Origin: Octopus vulgaris
Taxonomy: Eukaryota
Assembly: GCA_951406725.2 (NCBI GenBank)
Contig: OX597820.1
Coordinates: 96,348,001-96,412,000, forward strand
Length of the DNA: 64,000 nt
Direction: 5' to 3'
The position numbers and the translations under genes were made by a program. Of this stretch, positions 15,288 to 30,055 are shown in pieces. Within the stretch, counting starts at the first letter, position 1, and every line of letters starts with the position of its first letter. The notes below the pieces were generated by a model. It was not told the origin of the DNA, did not search any database, and was given only the letters and a program-made list of their open reading frames with translations.

Positions 15288-15337
<50 letters not shown>

Positions 15338-15649
15338 GAGAATTCATAAAAAAAGAAAAGACTAAGGCAGGTGGTGTAGACAACAAACAGATGTATTTAT
15401 AGGCTGACTACGAAGGAGTAATGCTTGAGCTGTGAAATCTTCCGTGCATTAATTTCAACTCTCCTTATTACTATCTGCATTGTTTCTGTCCGGGTAAACT
15501 GACTTCTGGCTGACTTTATTATTATCACACTACCCTCTGTGCGTGCGTATTTATAGTTGTTACTACTTTAGTCACATGATCGAAGTTTGAGCCAGATCGC
15601 ACCATTTTTCTTTCTGGCTTTACGGATATATATATATATATACATATAT

Positions 15650-15736
<87 letters not shown>

Positions 15737-15971
15737 GTGATATAGATATATACATATACATATAAATATGTTTATAAGTATATATACATATATAAATATA
15801 TCTACTCTTTTACTTGTTTCAGTCATTTGACTGCGCCCATGCTGGAGCACCGCCTATATATATGTATATATATATACATACATACATTCATACATACATA
15901 CATACATACATACAAAGATATATATAAATACACAGTGAAACTAACAGAATTGAAACTAATATATATATATA

Positions 15972-16370
15972 CAGCAGGAGGTAAGTAGCTTGCTAACCAA
16001 CCACATGGTTCCGGGTTCAGTCCCACTGCGTGGCACCTTGGGCAAGTGTCTTCTACTATAGCCTCGGGCCGACCAAAGCCTTGTGAGTGGATTTGGTAGA
16101 CGGAAACTGAAAGAAGCCTGTCGTATATATGTATATATATATATGTATGTGTATGTGTGTTTGTGTGTCTGTGTTTGTCTCCCTAGCATTGCTTGACAAC
16201 CGATGCTGGTGTGTTTACGTCCCCATCACTTAGCGGTTCGGCAAAAGAGACCGATAGAATAAGTACTGGGGTTACAAAGAATAAGTCCCGGGGTCGATTT
16301 CCTCCACTAAAGGCGGTGCTCCAGCATGGCCGCAGTCAAATGACTGAAACAAGTAAAAGAGTAAAAGAGT
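15972..16370 (+). mobile_element. SINE family A
   Basis: Matches 3365-3772. Confidence 0.9.
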
Positions 16371-16644
16371 ATATATACAAACTGAAAGTATTATCTCACA
16401 ATACAATAGAGATGTCATTGTTTCGCTTTTGACAAGTAATACAGAAATATTGTAAAAGCTAAGAGATTTTAGGTAAGAAGTTTAAAATATTTTGGCCCAT
16501 GACACTGCATGGATCCTAAGTAAGGCATGTGTACAATTTGAATGAAATCCGTTGGGTAGTTCTCGTGTTTTAGTGATGCACACATACAGACACACAGACA
16601 CACAGACAGACACGCATACTCAGTTTTATATAGATAGATATATG

Positions 16645-16691
<47 letters not shown>

Positions 16692-17729
16692 GTATATATA
16701 CATACATGATTATGTATATGAAAATGATTACATACATACATCCACGTGTGTAAGTATGTATGTATATGTCACTTCTTGGCTTCCGGAGCATATAATATAA
16801 GATCAACGTTTTAACGAAACTAAACTTCGTATGGCTAAAATGCAATATGTTTGTCTTTCTCATAATCTGAATATGGTTTTTCCCAAAGCGCATGCAACTA
16901 ACAGAATGTTGCATGCAATAGCTTTATCATTTAATGTAGTTTAAGGCTTTCATTTCCAGCAAATTCTGCGATATGTTCCTCGTGTGATTATCAAATGATA
17001 TCAGATTAAAATCATGCACAAACCTGCAGGGCTTCTTCTTCTTCTTAAATCAGATCTGCTCTGCTCGTTTTAATATTCCTGAGTGCCATCTGGTATCATA
17101 ATGCTGAAATGAATGTTGTTTTAAGTTGACAGCAAATATGCTATCGAGCAATACGAAGTATCGTAAACCATTATACCTTATTGAAAATTGTAGTATACAA
17201 TATTGTTTGGAGAATATTTCTTCAAATATACTATTTCAATCCAGCTCCCTGAATGAAGCTAAGTTCACGAAGCCAACATGCAATTTCTCCACACACACAC
17301 ACACACATGCACACATACACACACACACATGCATGTACACGCGCGCGCACGCATACACTTACATTGCATATATATATATATGCATCCATACATACATATA
17401 TATTTATATATACATATTATGTATATATATATAAATATATATACATGCATATATATGTATACAGGCATATGTATAGATGTATATGTATATATACACATGT
17501 ACATATACGTATATACGTATGCATATATATATATATATATATATATATAAGTATATATACGTATATACGTATGTATATATGTATATATATATATAAGTAT
17601 ATATACGTATGTATGTATATAAAATACGTATGTTCATGTATATATGTGTGTGTGTGTGTGTATACATATGTATAAATATATATATGCATATATAGATGCA
17701 TATATATATATGTATATATATATATATAT

Positions 17730-17992
17730 GAAGGTGCATGGCTCAGTGGTTAGAGCGTCGAGCTTACGATCGAGAGGTTGTGAGCTCGAATCCCGGACCG
17801 GGCTGCGTGTTGTGTTCTTCAGCTACACACTTTATTTCACGTTGCTCCAGTTCACTCAGCTGTAGAAATGAGTTGCGACGTCACATGTGCCAAGCTGTAT
17901 CGGCCGTTGCCTTTCTCTTGCCCGGACTTGTGCCTGGGAGGGTAACTTTCTAAGTGCAATCCTATGGTCTGTGTCGTAACTGAAGGGATCTC
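17730..17992 (+). mobile_element. SINE family B
   Basis: Matches 9425-9759. Confidence 0.85.
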
Positions 17993-18020
17993 AGAATATG
18001 TATGAATATATATATAAATG

Positions 18021-18089
<69 letters not shown>

Positions 18090-18199
18090 ATATATAAGTA
18101 TATATATGTATATATATATGTGTGTATATATATATACATATATATATAAATAAATATATATCTATATATACACACATACATATACATGTAAATGTATAG

Positions 18200-18254
<55 letters not shown>

Positions 18255-18265
18255 TATATACTTAC

Positions 18266-18299
<34 letters not shown>

Positions 18300-18669
18300 C
18301 AAAATGCTAGCTCATCACCTTTAATAATTACAAACTTTAGCGCAGGCCAATAAATTTAGGGGGTGGTATTATTTGATTACTTCTATCTCAGTATTCTATT
18401 GTGGTTAGAGTGAGATAGAGAGAAGGGGGAGAACGAGAGCGGGGGTACAAAAGGGAAAATCAGAGACCATCGAGCTCAGAATTGGTTTTGTAGTTTACCC
18501 TTTCCTTCTCCTTTTTACTCTCTATTTCATCTACTTCTCCCTGTTCTTCTCTTTCTTTCTTTACTACACCCATTTCCCTTTCCTCTCTACTTTCCCTCCC
18601 TCTCTGTTTCTTGTTTTAAATAACAACAATAACAACTACAACAAAAACAACAACAATATCAATAATTCT

Positions 18670-19517
18670 TTCTTCTACAAGCACAAGACTACCTGAAATT
18701 TTGGATGAGGGAGATAGTTGATTACTTCGCCCCTAGTGCTTCACTGGTGCTTACTTCATCGACTGCGAAACGATGAAAGGCTAAGTCTATCGCGACGCAA
18801 CTTGAAACAATATTATTAATAATTATTTCTACTCTAGGCACAAGACTTTAAAAATTGGGGGGAAGGGGCCTAATCGATTATATCAACCCCGGTGCGTAAC
18901 TGGTACTTACTTCATCAACCCCGAAAGGATGAAAGGCAAAGTCGACCTCGGCGGAATTTGAACTCGGAACGTAACGGCAAACGAAATCACGCTAAGCATT
19001 TCGCCCGGCGTTCTAACGATTTTGCTAGCTCGCCACTTTAACACAATATTATTAATAATAATGCAGGCCTGTTACCAGTTTAAATATGCCTGAGATATTT
19101 TCGAACTCGTAAGAAAGCCTTTCTCTCAAGTACATTTTTATGGTTTCGAAAATGCCTCAAGCATACTTGAACTGGTAACAAGTTTGTATTTATACACACC
19201 ACTGCTTAACGTTTCTACTCCAAAAATCCTTTCTACTATAGGCACAAGGTTTGAAACTTGGGGGGAGGGGCCAGTTGATTAGAGGGACCTCAGTGCATAA
19301 TTAAATAAGTACCAGTTACGCACTGGGGTCGATATAATCGACTTAATCCGTTTGTCTGTCCTTGATTGTCCTCTCTGTGTTCGGCCCCTTGTGAGTAGTA
19401 AAGAAATAGGTACTTAATTTATCGACCCCCGAAAATATGAAAGGCAAAGTTGACCTCGGAGGAATTTGAACTCAGAATGTAGCGACGGGTGAGATATTGT
19501 TAAGCATTTCGCCCGGC
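18670..19517 (-). mobile_element. Cluster of SINE family C copies, one nested in the opposite orientation; another fragment at 8775-8905
   Basis: Recurrent cgaaaggatgaaaggcaaagtcgacctcggcggaatttgaactc and gcatttcgcccggc. Confidence 0.8.
19062..19190. repeat. Short imperfect inverted repeat, MITE-like
   Basis: tgttaccagtttaaatatgcctgagatattttcgaa vs ttcgaaaatgcctcaagcatacttgaactggtaaca. Confidence 0.55.
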
Positions 19518-19547
<30 letters not shown>

Positions 19548-19552
<5 letters not shown>

Positions 19553-20106
19553 GCCCTGGTGCAGTACCAGGCAGTGGCTCTCATGGCTTCTGATCTTAAC
19601 TGATTGGAAGTGTCATCATGTAGATTGTTTTGTCTTGGTATAAAAGAGGGGCTACAGCAAATATTCTGCTCAGTACCACAGATTTGCTTGTCAGTTGTTT
19701 GACCATAACCAGTTGAGCATGTTCCTTAATGGCTGACGATATGTGCATCTCTGATCACGAGCAGAAGTTGTGGGGGAGCATCATAGCAGTGTGTTGAAAG
19801 GAATTCTTGGAGGTTTGGATAATTCACCTTTGGAAACATGGGTGTTTCGTTCAACATCCTTAAACAATCCTTATTCAGGGATCTTTTGAGCGTGATGGGC
19901 TACTCGACCTGAAGAAAATTCTAACTGGGCCCCACCTGCAAGGTCATGCATCGTTTATCTTGATGTGAGATCACCATGTCGCGCACATATGGTTGTGATG
20001 CATGTGCTTGGTGTACCTTTATCAGACGGGTAGTTATGATGGGTATACTGGGCTTCGTATATTTTACCCCAGTGTCACTTTGATGGCATGCACTGCTCTC
20101 TCACTC

Positions 20107-20107
<1 letters not shown>
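19548..20107. mobile_element. Unclassified ~560-bp element bracketed by (TAA)n tracts
   Basis: GC-richer non-coding block between (TAA)n runs, adjoining a truncated SINE and the Dong-like LINE. Confidence 0.45.
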
Positions 20108-20161
<54 letters not shown>

Positions 20162-20163
<2 letters not shown>

Positions 20164-21743
20164 TTGGCCTCGATAAATGTGCAAAAGCTACCTTTATCAA
20201 AGGAAAAATGACAAATACATCTAACATTTACCTCGACCAGCAGAATGTCATAGGGGTAATTGAATGGGACATAATAAGGCATTCAGTGATGAAGGAAAGC
20301 ATCAGGAGAGGATGTTATCGCAGAGTAAGAGCAATACTCAAGACAGAACTGAATGCGAGAATCAGGATCGAAGCTATCAATGCTGTAGCCATACTAGTCG
20401 CGACTTACAGTTTCAATATCGTTAACTGGTCAATTACTGAAATATGTAATCTTGACAGAAAAATACGAAAACTGTTGACAATGCATAGAATGCCCCACCT
20501 AAGGCAGATATAGAACGATTTATCTGCCAAGAAAAGAGGGAGGCTGTGGACTTTTACAACTGGCAATAACAATGAAGATTGCTACAATTGGCCTTAACAC
20601 CTACCTGAAATGGATGTTAAAACTCGTCTCAAAAAAAGAAAACAAGAAAGCATCATACTCAGTAACAAAACAGGCAAAGGAATATCTAAGTGAATTCCGA
20701 ATACAACAAATTTTGGAATTAGACATACAAGAACCAAGCACAGAAAAAGCTAAGCGCATGAAAATCCGTGCTAAAACTGCTGCCTTAGATATTCTGAATG
20801 ATAAATGGCAAGAAAAAACTCTCAATGGCAAATACCCAAAGAGAGCGAATAATGCAGATGTTGACAAAGCCCTGACCCAACAATGGCTAATGGCCTCAGG
20901 CTTAAAATCTGAAACAGAAGGGTTTATCATAGCAGCTCAAGATCAATGCCTGTCTACAAGGAACTACCAGGCCAACATATTAAAGAACGGTAGTAGCCCA
21001 ATATGTCGTGTATGTCAACAACAAAATGAAACCATTGATCATGTTGTCTCCAAGTGCAGTCTTCTTGCGCCTACAGAGTACCTCAACAGGCATGATAGAG
21101 CTGCACAATATATTCACTGGGTAATTTGCAAAAGCCTAGACTTGCCCCATGATAAAAAGTGATGGGAACACAAACCACCTCCAGTGCTTGAAAATGACCA
21201 CATCTCACTCCTCTGGAAATTCACCATTCAAACTGACAGAAAGATAGATGCGAATAGTCCAGACATCATAGTAAAAGACTTCAGACAAAAAACAGGCCTC
21301 TTCATTGATATGACTGTCCCAATCGATATAAACGTATCTGTCAAGACCTACCAGAAACAGAGCAAATATAAAGATCTGGAAATAGAAATCAGCAAAATGT
21401 GGAACCTGAAGACTAAAACAATACCTGTTGTCATAGGTGCCCTGGGAATGATAGCAAAATGGGCTGATTGCTACCTAACTCAGATTCCAGGAAACCCCAA
21501 AATGGCAGAAATTCAAAAGATAGTGCTCATGGGAACTGCTCATATCCTACGCAAAATACTTTCTATGTAATCTCAAGTTTTAAAACAAACAATTTTGTTA
21601 AGGTTTTTTAAACGTTCACTAGTACAACACTAAGTACAAAACCAAATATATGGCACCCTAGGCATAACATCAACTTTTTGTCTCTTGAGGTCTCTTAATG
21701 AGACTTGGAGGCAACTTGTACAAATGTAAAGCAAAAGTCGAAC

Positions 21744-21745
<2 letters not shown>
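20162..21745 (+). mobile_element. 5'-truncated R4/Dong-like LINE (RT thumb, CCHC, RLE), decayed
   Basis: ORFs 20208-20513, 20572-21162 (ETEGFIIAAQDQ, CRVC..ETIDHVVSKC, RHD) and 21184-21570 (PDII, PVVIGALG). (AAT)n on both sides. Confidence 0.9.
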
Positions 21746-21815
<70 letters not shown>

Positions 21816-22669
21816 GCATGTGTGTGTGTGCGTCTGTGCTTGTATGTGCGACAACGTTTGGTATCACATACACACAGTGATACATCAGTGAGAAAAGCTC
21901 TTAAATTTCAATTTTCTTCTGTTTAGCTATTTTGTAACTTTAACGACGTGATAGGAGGGACATAATGATACGTCATTTCTTGCAGCGCTGAGTATAGCTT
22001 AGGGAAAGAACAGATTCCATTTTCTTCCACCAGTGTGAACACATAAAATTGTGATGAAACTATTATTGGAGAATATAAAGTGTTATAAAATTCGATGAGA
22101 AAATATTGTGCATTTTTTATTCAGTGATCACTTATGGCTGGAAAATATGATCAACAGAATAAAACAGTTTATGCTCTTTCTGTCTTAAGTGATTCCCCAA
22201 CAATTTTACACCTGATTATATCTACTGTAATGGAAGTGTAAAGTAATTTGGATACGTGTTGGTATTTCAAACTAAAATCAAGATTATGTCTTTATGACTT
22301 ATTGACGGTGTGCATAGAAGAGTAACAGGTCTGAACTAGAGGACTTTTGTTAGGGTTTGCAACATATATTTATTATTGACTATTTTCTGTATGAATATGT
22401 GTGTTAACATAGCAGTGTGTATACAGCTATATATACGTGTATAAAGGTCGGCAACAGAACCTGTTAACAAGCAATTTCGTTTTGAAAAGTTGGTTAGTTT
22501 TCTATTTTCAAAACGAAAACGAATACTAACACGACTCAAGCAGATTTATGCAATTAGGAAAAGGATGAAACTAACAAAAGCAATCTGGTAAATGGTGAAA
22601 CTTAGAAAAGCATTCCTAACATTCTGTAATACTATATGAATATACGCTGTGTTGTGCATAAAATATATA

Positions 22670-23541
22670 CGAGGTCTGATCAATAAGTATACGGAATGTT
22701 GCCATAGTAACGAAGCTAAAGCACGTAGAACAGAGTCGCTTGCTAAAGATTGGCTTTCAATGCTGCTGTGCATGCGCACGAAGTTTTAACGTTCTAGCTC
22801 ACTTCCGTTTTTTACAGCAGTACTTGAAAGAAGATGTGTAGCGTGTGATCGTTGCATTGGCCATGACAGAGAAATTTGTCAAAGACCTACGCAATGTTGC
22901 GGAAAGTATATGGAGAGTAGTTTATGAGCCGCATACAAGTGTACGAGTGGTTCAGATGTTTCCAAGATGTCCGGGAAAATGTCGATATTGACGAACGCTC
23001 TGGGAGACCCGCAATCAGTGGAAGTGAGAAAAACATCGCAGATGTGCGTGCAGCTGTGAGAGAAAATCGTCGATTCACCATCCATAAGTTATCAGAGGAT
23101 GTGCAGATTAGTTACGGTTCAGTTCATTACCACTGCAGATTTGTGTATGAGACGCGTGTCTGCCAAGTTTGCGCCAAAACTGCTTTCAGCGGACCAAGAA
23201 GACACTTGGGTTTTAGTTGCACAAAATCTCCTTGATTGTATCGAGAACGATGAAAGATTTGTGAAAACCTTGCATAGGCCTCTAATCAGGTATCACTAAG
23301 CTTTTTGGCAAATTTTGATGCAGATTCTCTGCTCAACTTTCTGTCAAATTCAATGCGACGATCACGCACTACACACCTTTCTTCCAAGCACTGCTGTAAA
23401 CAGCGAAAGTAAGCTAGAACGTTAAAACTTAATGCGTATGCACAGCAGAGTTCAAGGACACTCTGTACCAAGTGGTTTTACCCTACATGTTTTAGCTTCA
23501 TTACTATGGCAACTGTCCGGATATTTATTGATCAGACCACG
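22670..23541 (+). mobile_element. Mariner-derived element with TA target duplication and ~210-bp terminal inverted repeats
   Basis: TA-CGAGGTCTGATCAATAAGTAT ... ATATTTATTGATCAGACCACG-TA. Protein remnant MSRIQVYEWFRCF..ERSGRP..RVSAKFAPKLL. Confidence 0.85.
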
Positions 23542-25266
23542 TATTTACTTGATAACTAGTCGTCTGAAGCACAAAGATAACTTAAGTTATCTTCCGTGTT
23601 AATAACATAAATACCTATTCCTTATATTACAGATAAATAATATTGAATGGGGAAATGATTCGATATTCTGAAGGAAATTCCAGACGTCTTTTTTCCGTAT
23701 TCCCAATGCATAAATGTTTAAAAAGTCGCATATACCAGTATACATATACATGTACACTTTATACTTCCTCATAATAGTATTATCTACGATTAAATGCCAA
23801 AGCATTTCGTTCTACATCTGCCTCCTGTTTACTGATATCATATTGCTGTATCTTTTGAAAGTCAATTGTTGGTTTGTACTTCAAAGACTTAGAGGAATTT
23901 TTTTCTCTTTTTTTCCTTATCTTTTTTTCCTTATTTTCTTATTCTTTATTTTATTTTACTCTTTACATATCAACGCATTTAGTAACTTTACAAGTTAATC
24001 ATATGCAATCAGTTTAGCACAGGTATGACCTTCTGTTCTCCTGTATAGGAACTTACTGGAATCCTGGTAGGAGAGTATAGTACACCAGTTTGACTTATAT
24101 CTTTGCTTATGTCAATAGATATAAGTGATATGATGATAGATTGATGAATGCAGTCAGATGTACGACCTCAAAACTACTTTACAAGCATTATTTCTATCTC
24201 CCCCTCTCTCTCTCTCTCACTGTGTTTCTCTCTTTCTATACACATACAAAATCACATATATATACATCCATATATATGTTTGTATATAGATACTGTGTAT
24301 ATATAAATATATATATATATAGAGAGAGGGGGGGTTGATAGATAGAGAAAAGATAGAAGAGAGAGATAAGACACGTCCAGTCCTTACGACAGTCCTGAAA
24401 GAAAAGAAAGATAATCACGTGCTCGTTCTGGTCTAATGACTTCCCCCACCCCATATAAGTTTTCGGTCGGTTTCCTTGTATATATATATATATATTCGAC
24501 GAGCTGTTTCCAGTTGCCGCCTATCAAATCCACTCATAAATCTAAGGCTTTGATCGGCCCGGGACTATAGAGGCACTTGCTTATATATATCTATATATGT
24601 GCGTATGAATGCATGTATGTATCCATATGTGAGGAGAGTGTTCGCAAATAAATATGGACATGCACATGTTGCGGTTAGTCAAATATAATTGTAAGTCAAA
24701 TAGTTACCAATTTTATCCTGTTAGATCCGAAATTTGAGCAAACCATTGTCGTCTGCGTTGGCAAAAATTGATCCTTTAAAGAGTTTATATGAGAAAGCGT
24801 CCATTGAATTCATTTGCCAAGCGAAGTGAAACAACCGGATGTTTCCGACACATGACCTTATTAGGAAAGAAAGAGAAAGCACATAGAAAAATATAGAGAT
24901 TAACCGCTGAGATCACAAGATTGCGGATGAGAAAATAATAACGTCAAGGAGTGATGTAGAATGGTTGGTGGGGATAATGAACACGAAAAAAGATTATCCC
25001 TGTCATGAAGTTCTCGTCTTCTGGATTCTTCTTATTAATTACGGAGCTTCTAAACTGTTTTGTCAGATTTCCAACCTCTTTGTATTCACTACTGAGACGA
25101 ACTTCAGAATCAGTCAATCAATTAGCAAACTGGCAAATCACCAAAACTCCCATTTCGTGAGTACTTCATTAGTATCTGGGGAAAGTAATCAATTTCCACT
25201 TATTGTCTAGAAAAGATAAACACCATACATCACGTAGAGTTCACACGCGCGTGCACACACATACAC

Positions 25267-25312
<46 letters not shown>

Positions 25313-25743
25313 CGCAATGCAACGCACATGATACACATACACATATCAGATTCACTTGCCCAAACACATATCAGACACACTTCTATACATACATAGATTC
25401 GTACATATACAACGCTTCAGAACCTAGACGCACATACAAGTGTTAAAAAAAAAACATACATTTTCATACACATTTCTTTCTAAACTTAAGATGTGTGAAG
25501 CACCGACTTTTTAGAAGCTTTCTTTCTCATCACAAAACAAACGTTATTTTCTATAGACACAGAGATCGATGTTTGTTGAGGTGATACACAGACGACTGAG
25601 TTGATCTTTATTTAAGGATGGTTCTTATTTTATTGACCGCAGGTGAAGTTAACGACAGCTGTACTGTTTCTGTATATTCCCTGCCCTCTTCTTATTGTCT
25701 AGAAAAGATAAACATCATACATCATCTTATAACAAATACAAAA

Positions 25744-26069
25744 TTGTATTATTTTACGTAAGTTGGAATGAGAAGTCGTGTAGTTTCGTAGATTTTTTTC
25801 AAAGACAATAGTAGCCTGAGCGAAATAATAAAAAAATATTAATTTACATCGTGGAATACATTCTTATCACACACTTTAAACTTTCTACATCATATAACAA
25901 TACCATGTATTTTTAACAACAGCAAATGCCTTGAAGATATATGGATGTAGTCCACTGTGCTATCTTTGAATATTATTTCGCTCAGGCTACTATTGTCTTT
26001 GAAAAAAAATATACGAAACCACACAACTTCTCATTCCAACTTAAAATAATTCAACGTAAAATAATACAA
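25744..26069. repeat. Inverted repeat, MITE-like or fold-back, ~85-bp arms
   Basis: aagttggaatgagaagt...tcaaagacaatagtagcctgagcgaaataata vs tattatttcgctcaggctactattgtctttga...acttctcattccaactt. Confidence 0.7.
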
Positions 26070-26444
26070 CCATTAACGTAAAATATACAACCATTAATTC
26101 ATTATCCTCAATAGTGAGATGCTACTGTTTGATATTATTAAGGTACGATGTGTCGGCTTGGTTGTTGCTAGAGTTGCTTGTTGCCTAAGGTGATCTCTTC
26201 GGCTATTTATGGAGTTGTACTATATGACGTTTGGGAAACAAGACTGCTGTTCTTGCTGCATCGGTTCGTCTTCGTTGCTTTCCTTTCTCCTTTTGTTTCC
26301 GACGCCATTCAGTTCTTTCTGAGTAAAAGGCCCTGAAGTGGTTTTACTAGAATATGTGCAGAAAGAAGGTCTGTTCGTTGCATTATTAGTTTCATGTCCT
26401 TTGTTTCGCACGTTCAAATTGGACACAGCTCTGGTGTGGCCTTA

Positions 26445-26852
26445 CTCTTACTCTCTTTTACTCTTTTACTTGTTTCAGTCATTTGACTGCGGCCATACTG
26501 GAGCACCGCCTTTAATCGAGCAACTCGACCCGGGATTATTTTTTTGTAAGCCCAGTACTTATTCTATCGGTCTCTTTTGCCGAACCGCTAAGTAACGGGG
26601 ACATAAACACACCAGCATCGGTTGTCAAGCAATGTTAGGGGGACAAACACACACACGCATATATATATATATATATATATACATATATACGACGGGCTTC
26701 TTTCAGTTTCCGTCTACCAAATCAACTCACAAGGCTTTGGTCGGCCCGAGGCTATAGTAGAAGACACTTGCCCAAGATGCCACGCAATGGGACTGAACCC
26801 GGAACCATGTGGTTTGTAAACAAGCTACTTACCACACAGCCACTCCTGCGCC
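26445..26852 (-). mobile_element. SINE family A
   Basis: Reverse complement of family A. Confidence 0.9.
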
Positions 26853-26894
26853 TTTGGACTTTTGGATCCAAACGGAAAGTGTGCATCAGACTAT

Positions 26895-26996
<102 letters not shown>

Positions 26997-27519
26997 TGTG
27001 ATGTTGAGGGGACTACTATACCTTGAAATGGTCGGGATATACAAATCATAAGTATTTATTACACTTAGTAGTAATAAATGCACATTATAGTAGTTTTGAT
27101 ACTTTCTCTCTCCATCAGTCTTGATGTCCTGTCATTCAATAACCATTAAACTTCAAACACAATTACTATAAATTATAGTAACTACACACTTTAACTTCAG
27201 GCCTTTTTAAACATTTTATTGCTATCAAGATCTAAATTGAAACGGCAAACAATCTTTTGAACAAGACAATTGCTCTATTTTAGAACTGTTTTATCAAAAG
27301 TACAGTTTTATTGACTAGAGATGAATGTTGATGTATATGAATATGGAAGGAATATTAGTTCTTGAAATATCTTTTGTATTCTGACATATTTAATCAATAA
27401 TTGTTTGTTGTTTAACCATTTGTCAACTCTGATTTTGCAGAGCTATCGTCAGAAACATACTAACAACGGCCTCTCTACTTGTGTGTGTGTGTATGTGTGC
27501 GTTTGTGTGTGTGTGTGTT

Positions 27520-27626
<107 letters not shown>

Positions 27627-27875
27627 AAAGGTAAGATTCCGGGATCAAGGTGTAGGAAGTTAATGAGCTACAAGCAGTCTGTAGAAGATATAAAAAAAAC
27701 AATTTCCAGGAAGAATTATTGGCGCAGAAGATTTTGAATTTTTCCCCTATCGAAATACGATAAGCTGAAAAAAGGTTGTTTTATAGTTAACGGTTAGCAA
27801 CTGGGGTTGCTGAATATGCGAATAATTATCCAGTAGCCCGAATTTTATCTACTCCATTTCCTAATTTTTGTGTGC

Positions 27876-27953
<78 letters not shown>

Positions 27954-28175
27954 GAGTAAAACAATTAGTTTTAAATCTCTGAGCGAGAAATAAGTTGTAA
28001 TAGTACTACAGAGAAAAGTCTATTTACCAACGTAAAGTGGTAGTCCTGATTAGGACGGGGTTACTACCTTTTTTTAGCACGACTACGCCGATATACATGT
28101 ATGTATATTAATGTGAATATGTGTATACGTGTATGCAGGCGTATGTTTATATGTGTATATGCATACATATACATA

Positions 28176-28272
<97 letters not shown>

Positions 28273-29380
28273 GTATATACATTATACGAGCAAAACGCCC
28301 CCATCCGTTAAACCAAATTTTCTCAAAACAACTTGTCCGACCGTCCCATAGGCCTCTCCTTTGAGAAACACTGATTTAAACTAAATTTGAGACACCAGCA
28401 AAAGAAGAAGTAAAGATAGACTTTTTTTTTTATTCCAAAGAAAAACGATTTTATTCACACAAGTATGCAACGGAAGAGTTTAAAGTACCAGTAATGATAA
28501 GGCTGTTGACTGGGAGAACATAAACATGGTTTAAATAGTAAGCTTGGCAGGAAAGAAACGTGCCTTTAAGCAGTACAAAAACAACAAAAAATGGAAGGTG
28601 CAGTTATGTACAGGTAGACAGAAGAAAACCAGGACAAAAACGATGCATGCAAATAGGTTAGCTGGAGGTAAATCTAGATGGAAAAGCATGATGAATTTTT
28701 GAGAACGTAGCTGGGACAAAAATAAGTTTATCCCATAAAACATAAAGGAAATCAACTTGGGGCGATTTTTTATGAAAAGCAACAACCTAGGGAACTAAGT
28801 AACTAATTTTAAGCATGAAAATAGTATTTTCTTCCTTGAATAAAAAGCAATCAGTGTTTTTTTTTTCATTAAAAAATAATTAAGCACGCCTTTATTTCAA
28901 TAAAATTTTTGGTTTTGTTAAACGAAGTTAAGGCAAAAAAAACTTCTTGAGAAACCAAATAGTCTTTCCTTCCTTCTTGCCAAGTTTGAAGAAAATATCT
29001 CTTTTGCATCTTATATTTTTGGTCTCTTAAATATACTGCATTTTGTGGCCTTATTTCAAGCCAGCCGGCTTTTTTTGCGCAAACTGCACATGCATTTTTC
29101 TCGCGTACGCGTAGTATCGATCGCAACAGATGATGTACTTGCGCGTACAAATGCACGTTTCCACGGCTTTATCGATCGCATTCTCACCTGGAATCGATTT
29201 TTGTAATTTTTTCAAGACTTATACACGCCCTGATACTGTCGGTATCTACATATGAAATTTGAGCGCAATCGGATGGAGGATACCTGGGATCCTAGAAGAC
29301 ACACACACAGATAGAACGGATTTTATGTAATAGATATATATGTGTATATGCGAGTGTATTAACACGCGCGCATGTGTGTG

Positions 29381-29488
<108 letters not shown>

Positions 29489-30013
29489 GCTTTGCACAGA
29501 CGTGTGTATCTTGATTTACGTACGAATCTATGCACATATTCATATATGCTATATACGTATATTTATGTATATATACATGTGTGAACCTGTCTATACGGCT
29601 TTTTATACATGTATATGTATATATTCGTCCATGCGTGTGCGTATGCGCGTGTATCTAGTTGTATGTATATACCCATATACTTGAATGTGCGTGCGTGCGT
29701 GAGTGCATATGTATATATGCGTATATATATTTCTGTGTATGTATATATGCGTCTAAGCACGAACAGAAAAAGAATTTTCGTCTAAGTATTATCTTCCTTT
29801 CAACTTCTACTTCCTTTGCTTTTTCCTTACAGTTACAACAGCGAAAGCTGATGACGTCATTTTCTCTAAACTAGAATTTATACTTTCCACGTTCACATTT
29901 GAAATTTTTGCATTTCAGTAATTTTTCTTTGATTATACTCATCCTCGAATTTGATGGACATATAAGCGGTACGTAAGCCGACTCAAGAAATCTCTAGTGA
30001 GACTTTTATGGAT

Positions 30014-30055
30014 GTACCTGAAGAGACCCAGAACGGGTCGAAACTTACGTTGTAC
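30014..30055 (+). ncRNA. Type I hammerhead ribozyme, canonical core
   Basis: GTAC / CTGAAGA / GACCC-agaac-GGGTC / GAAAC-ttac-GTT / GTAC, followed by AATAAA at 30058. Confidence 0.85.

Noticed and set aside
17730-17800. tRNA-like sequences (also 9690-9759, 49112-49185, 54541-54612)
   Set aside because: They are SINE heads continuing into SINE bodies and lack a clean cloverleaf.
24860-24935. EK..EKYRD..AEITRL-like RLE LINE remnant
   Set aside because: Too short and degenerate to delimit as a feature.
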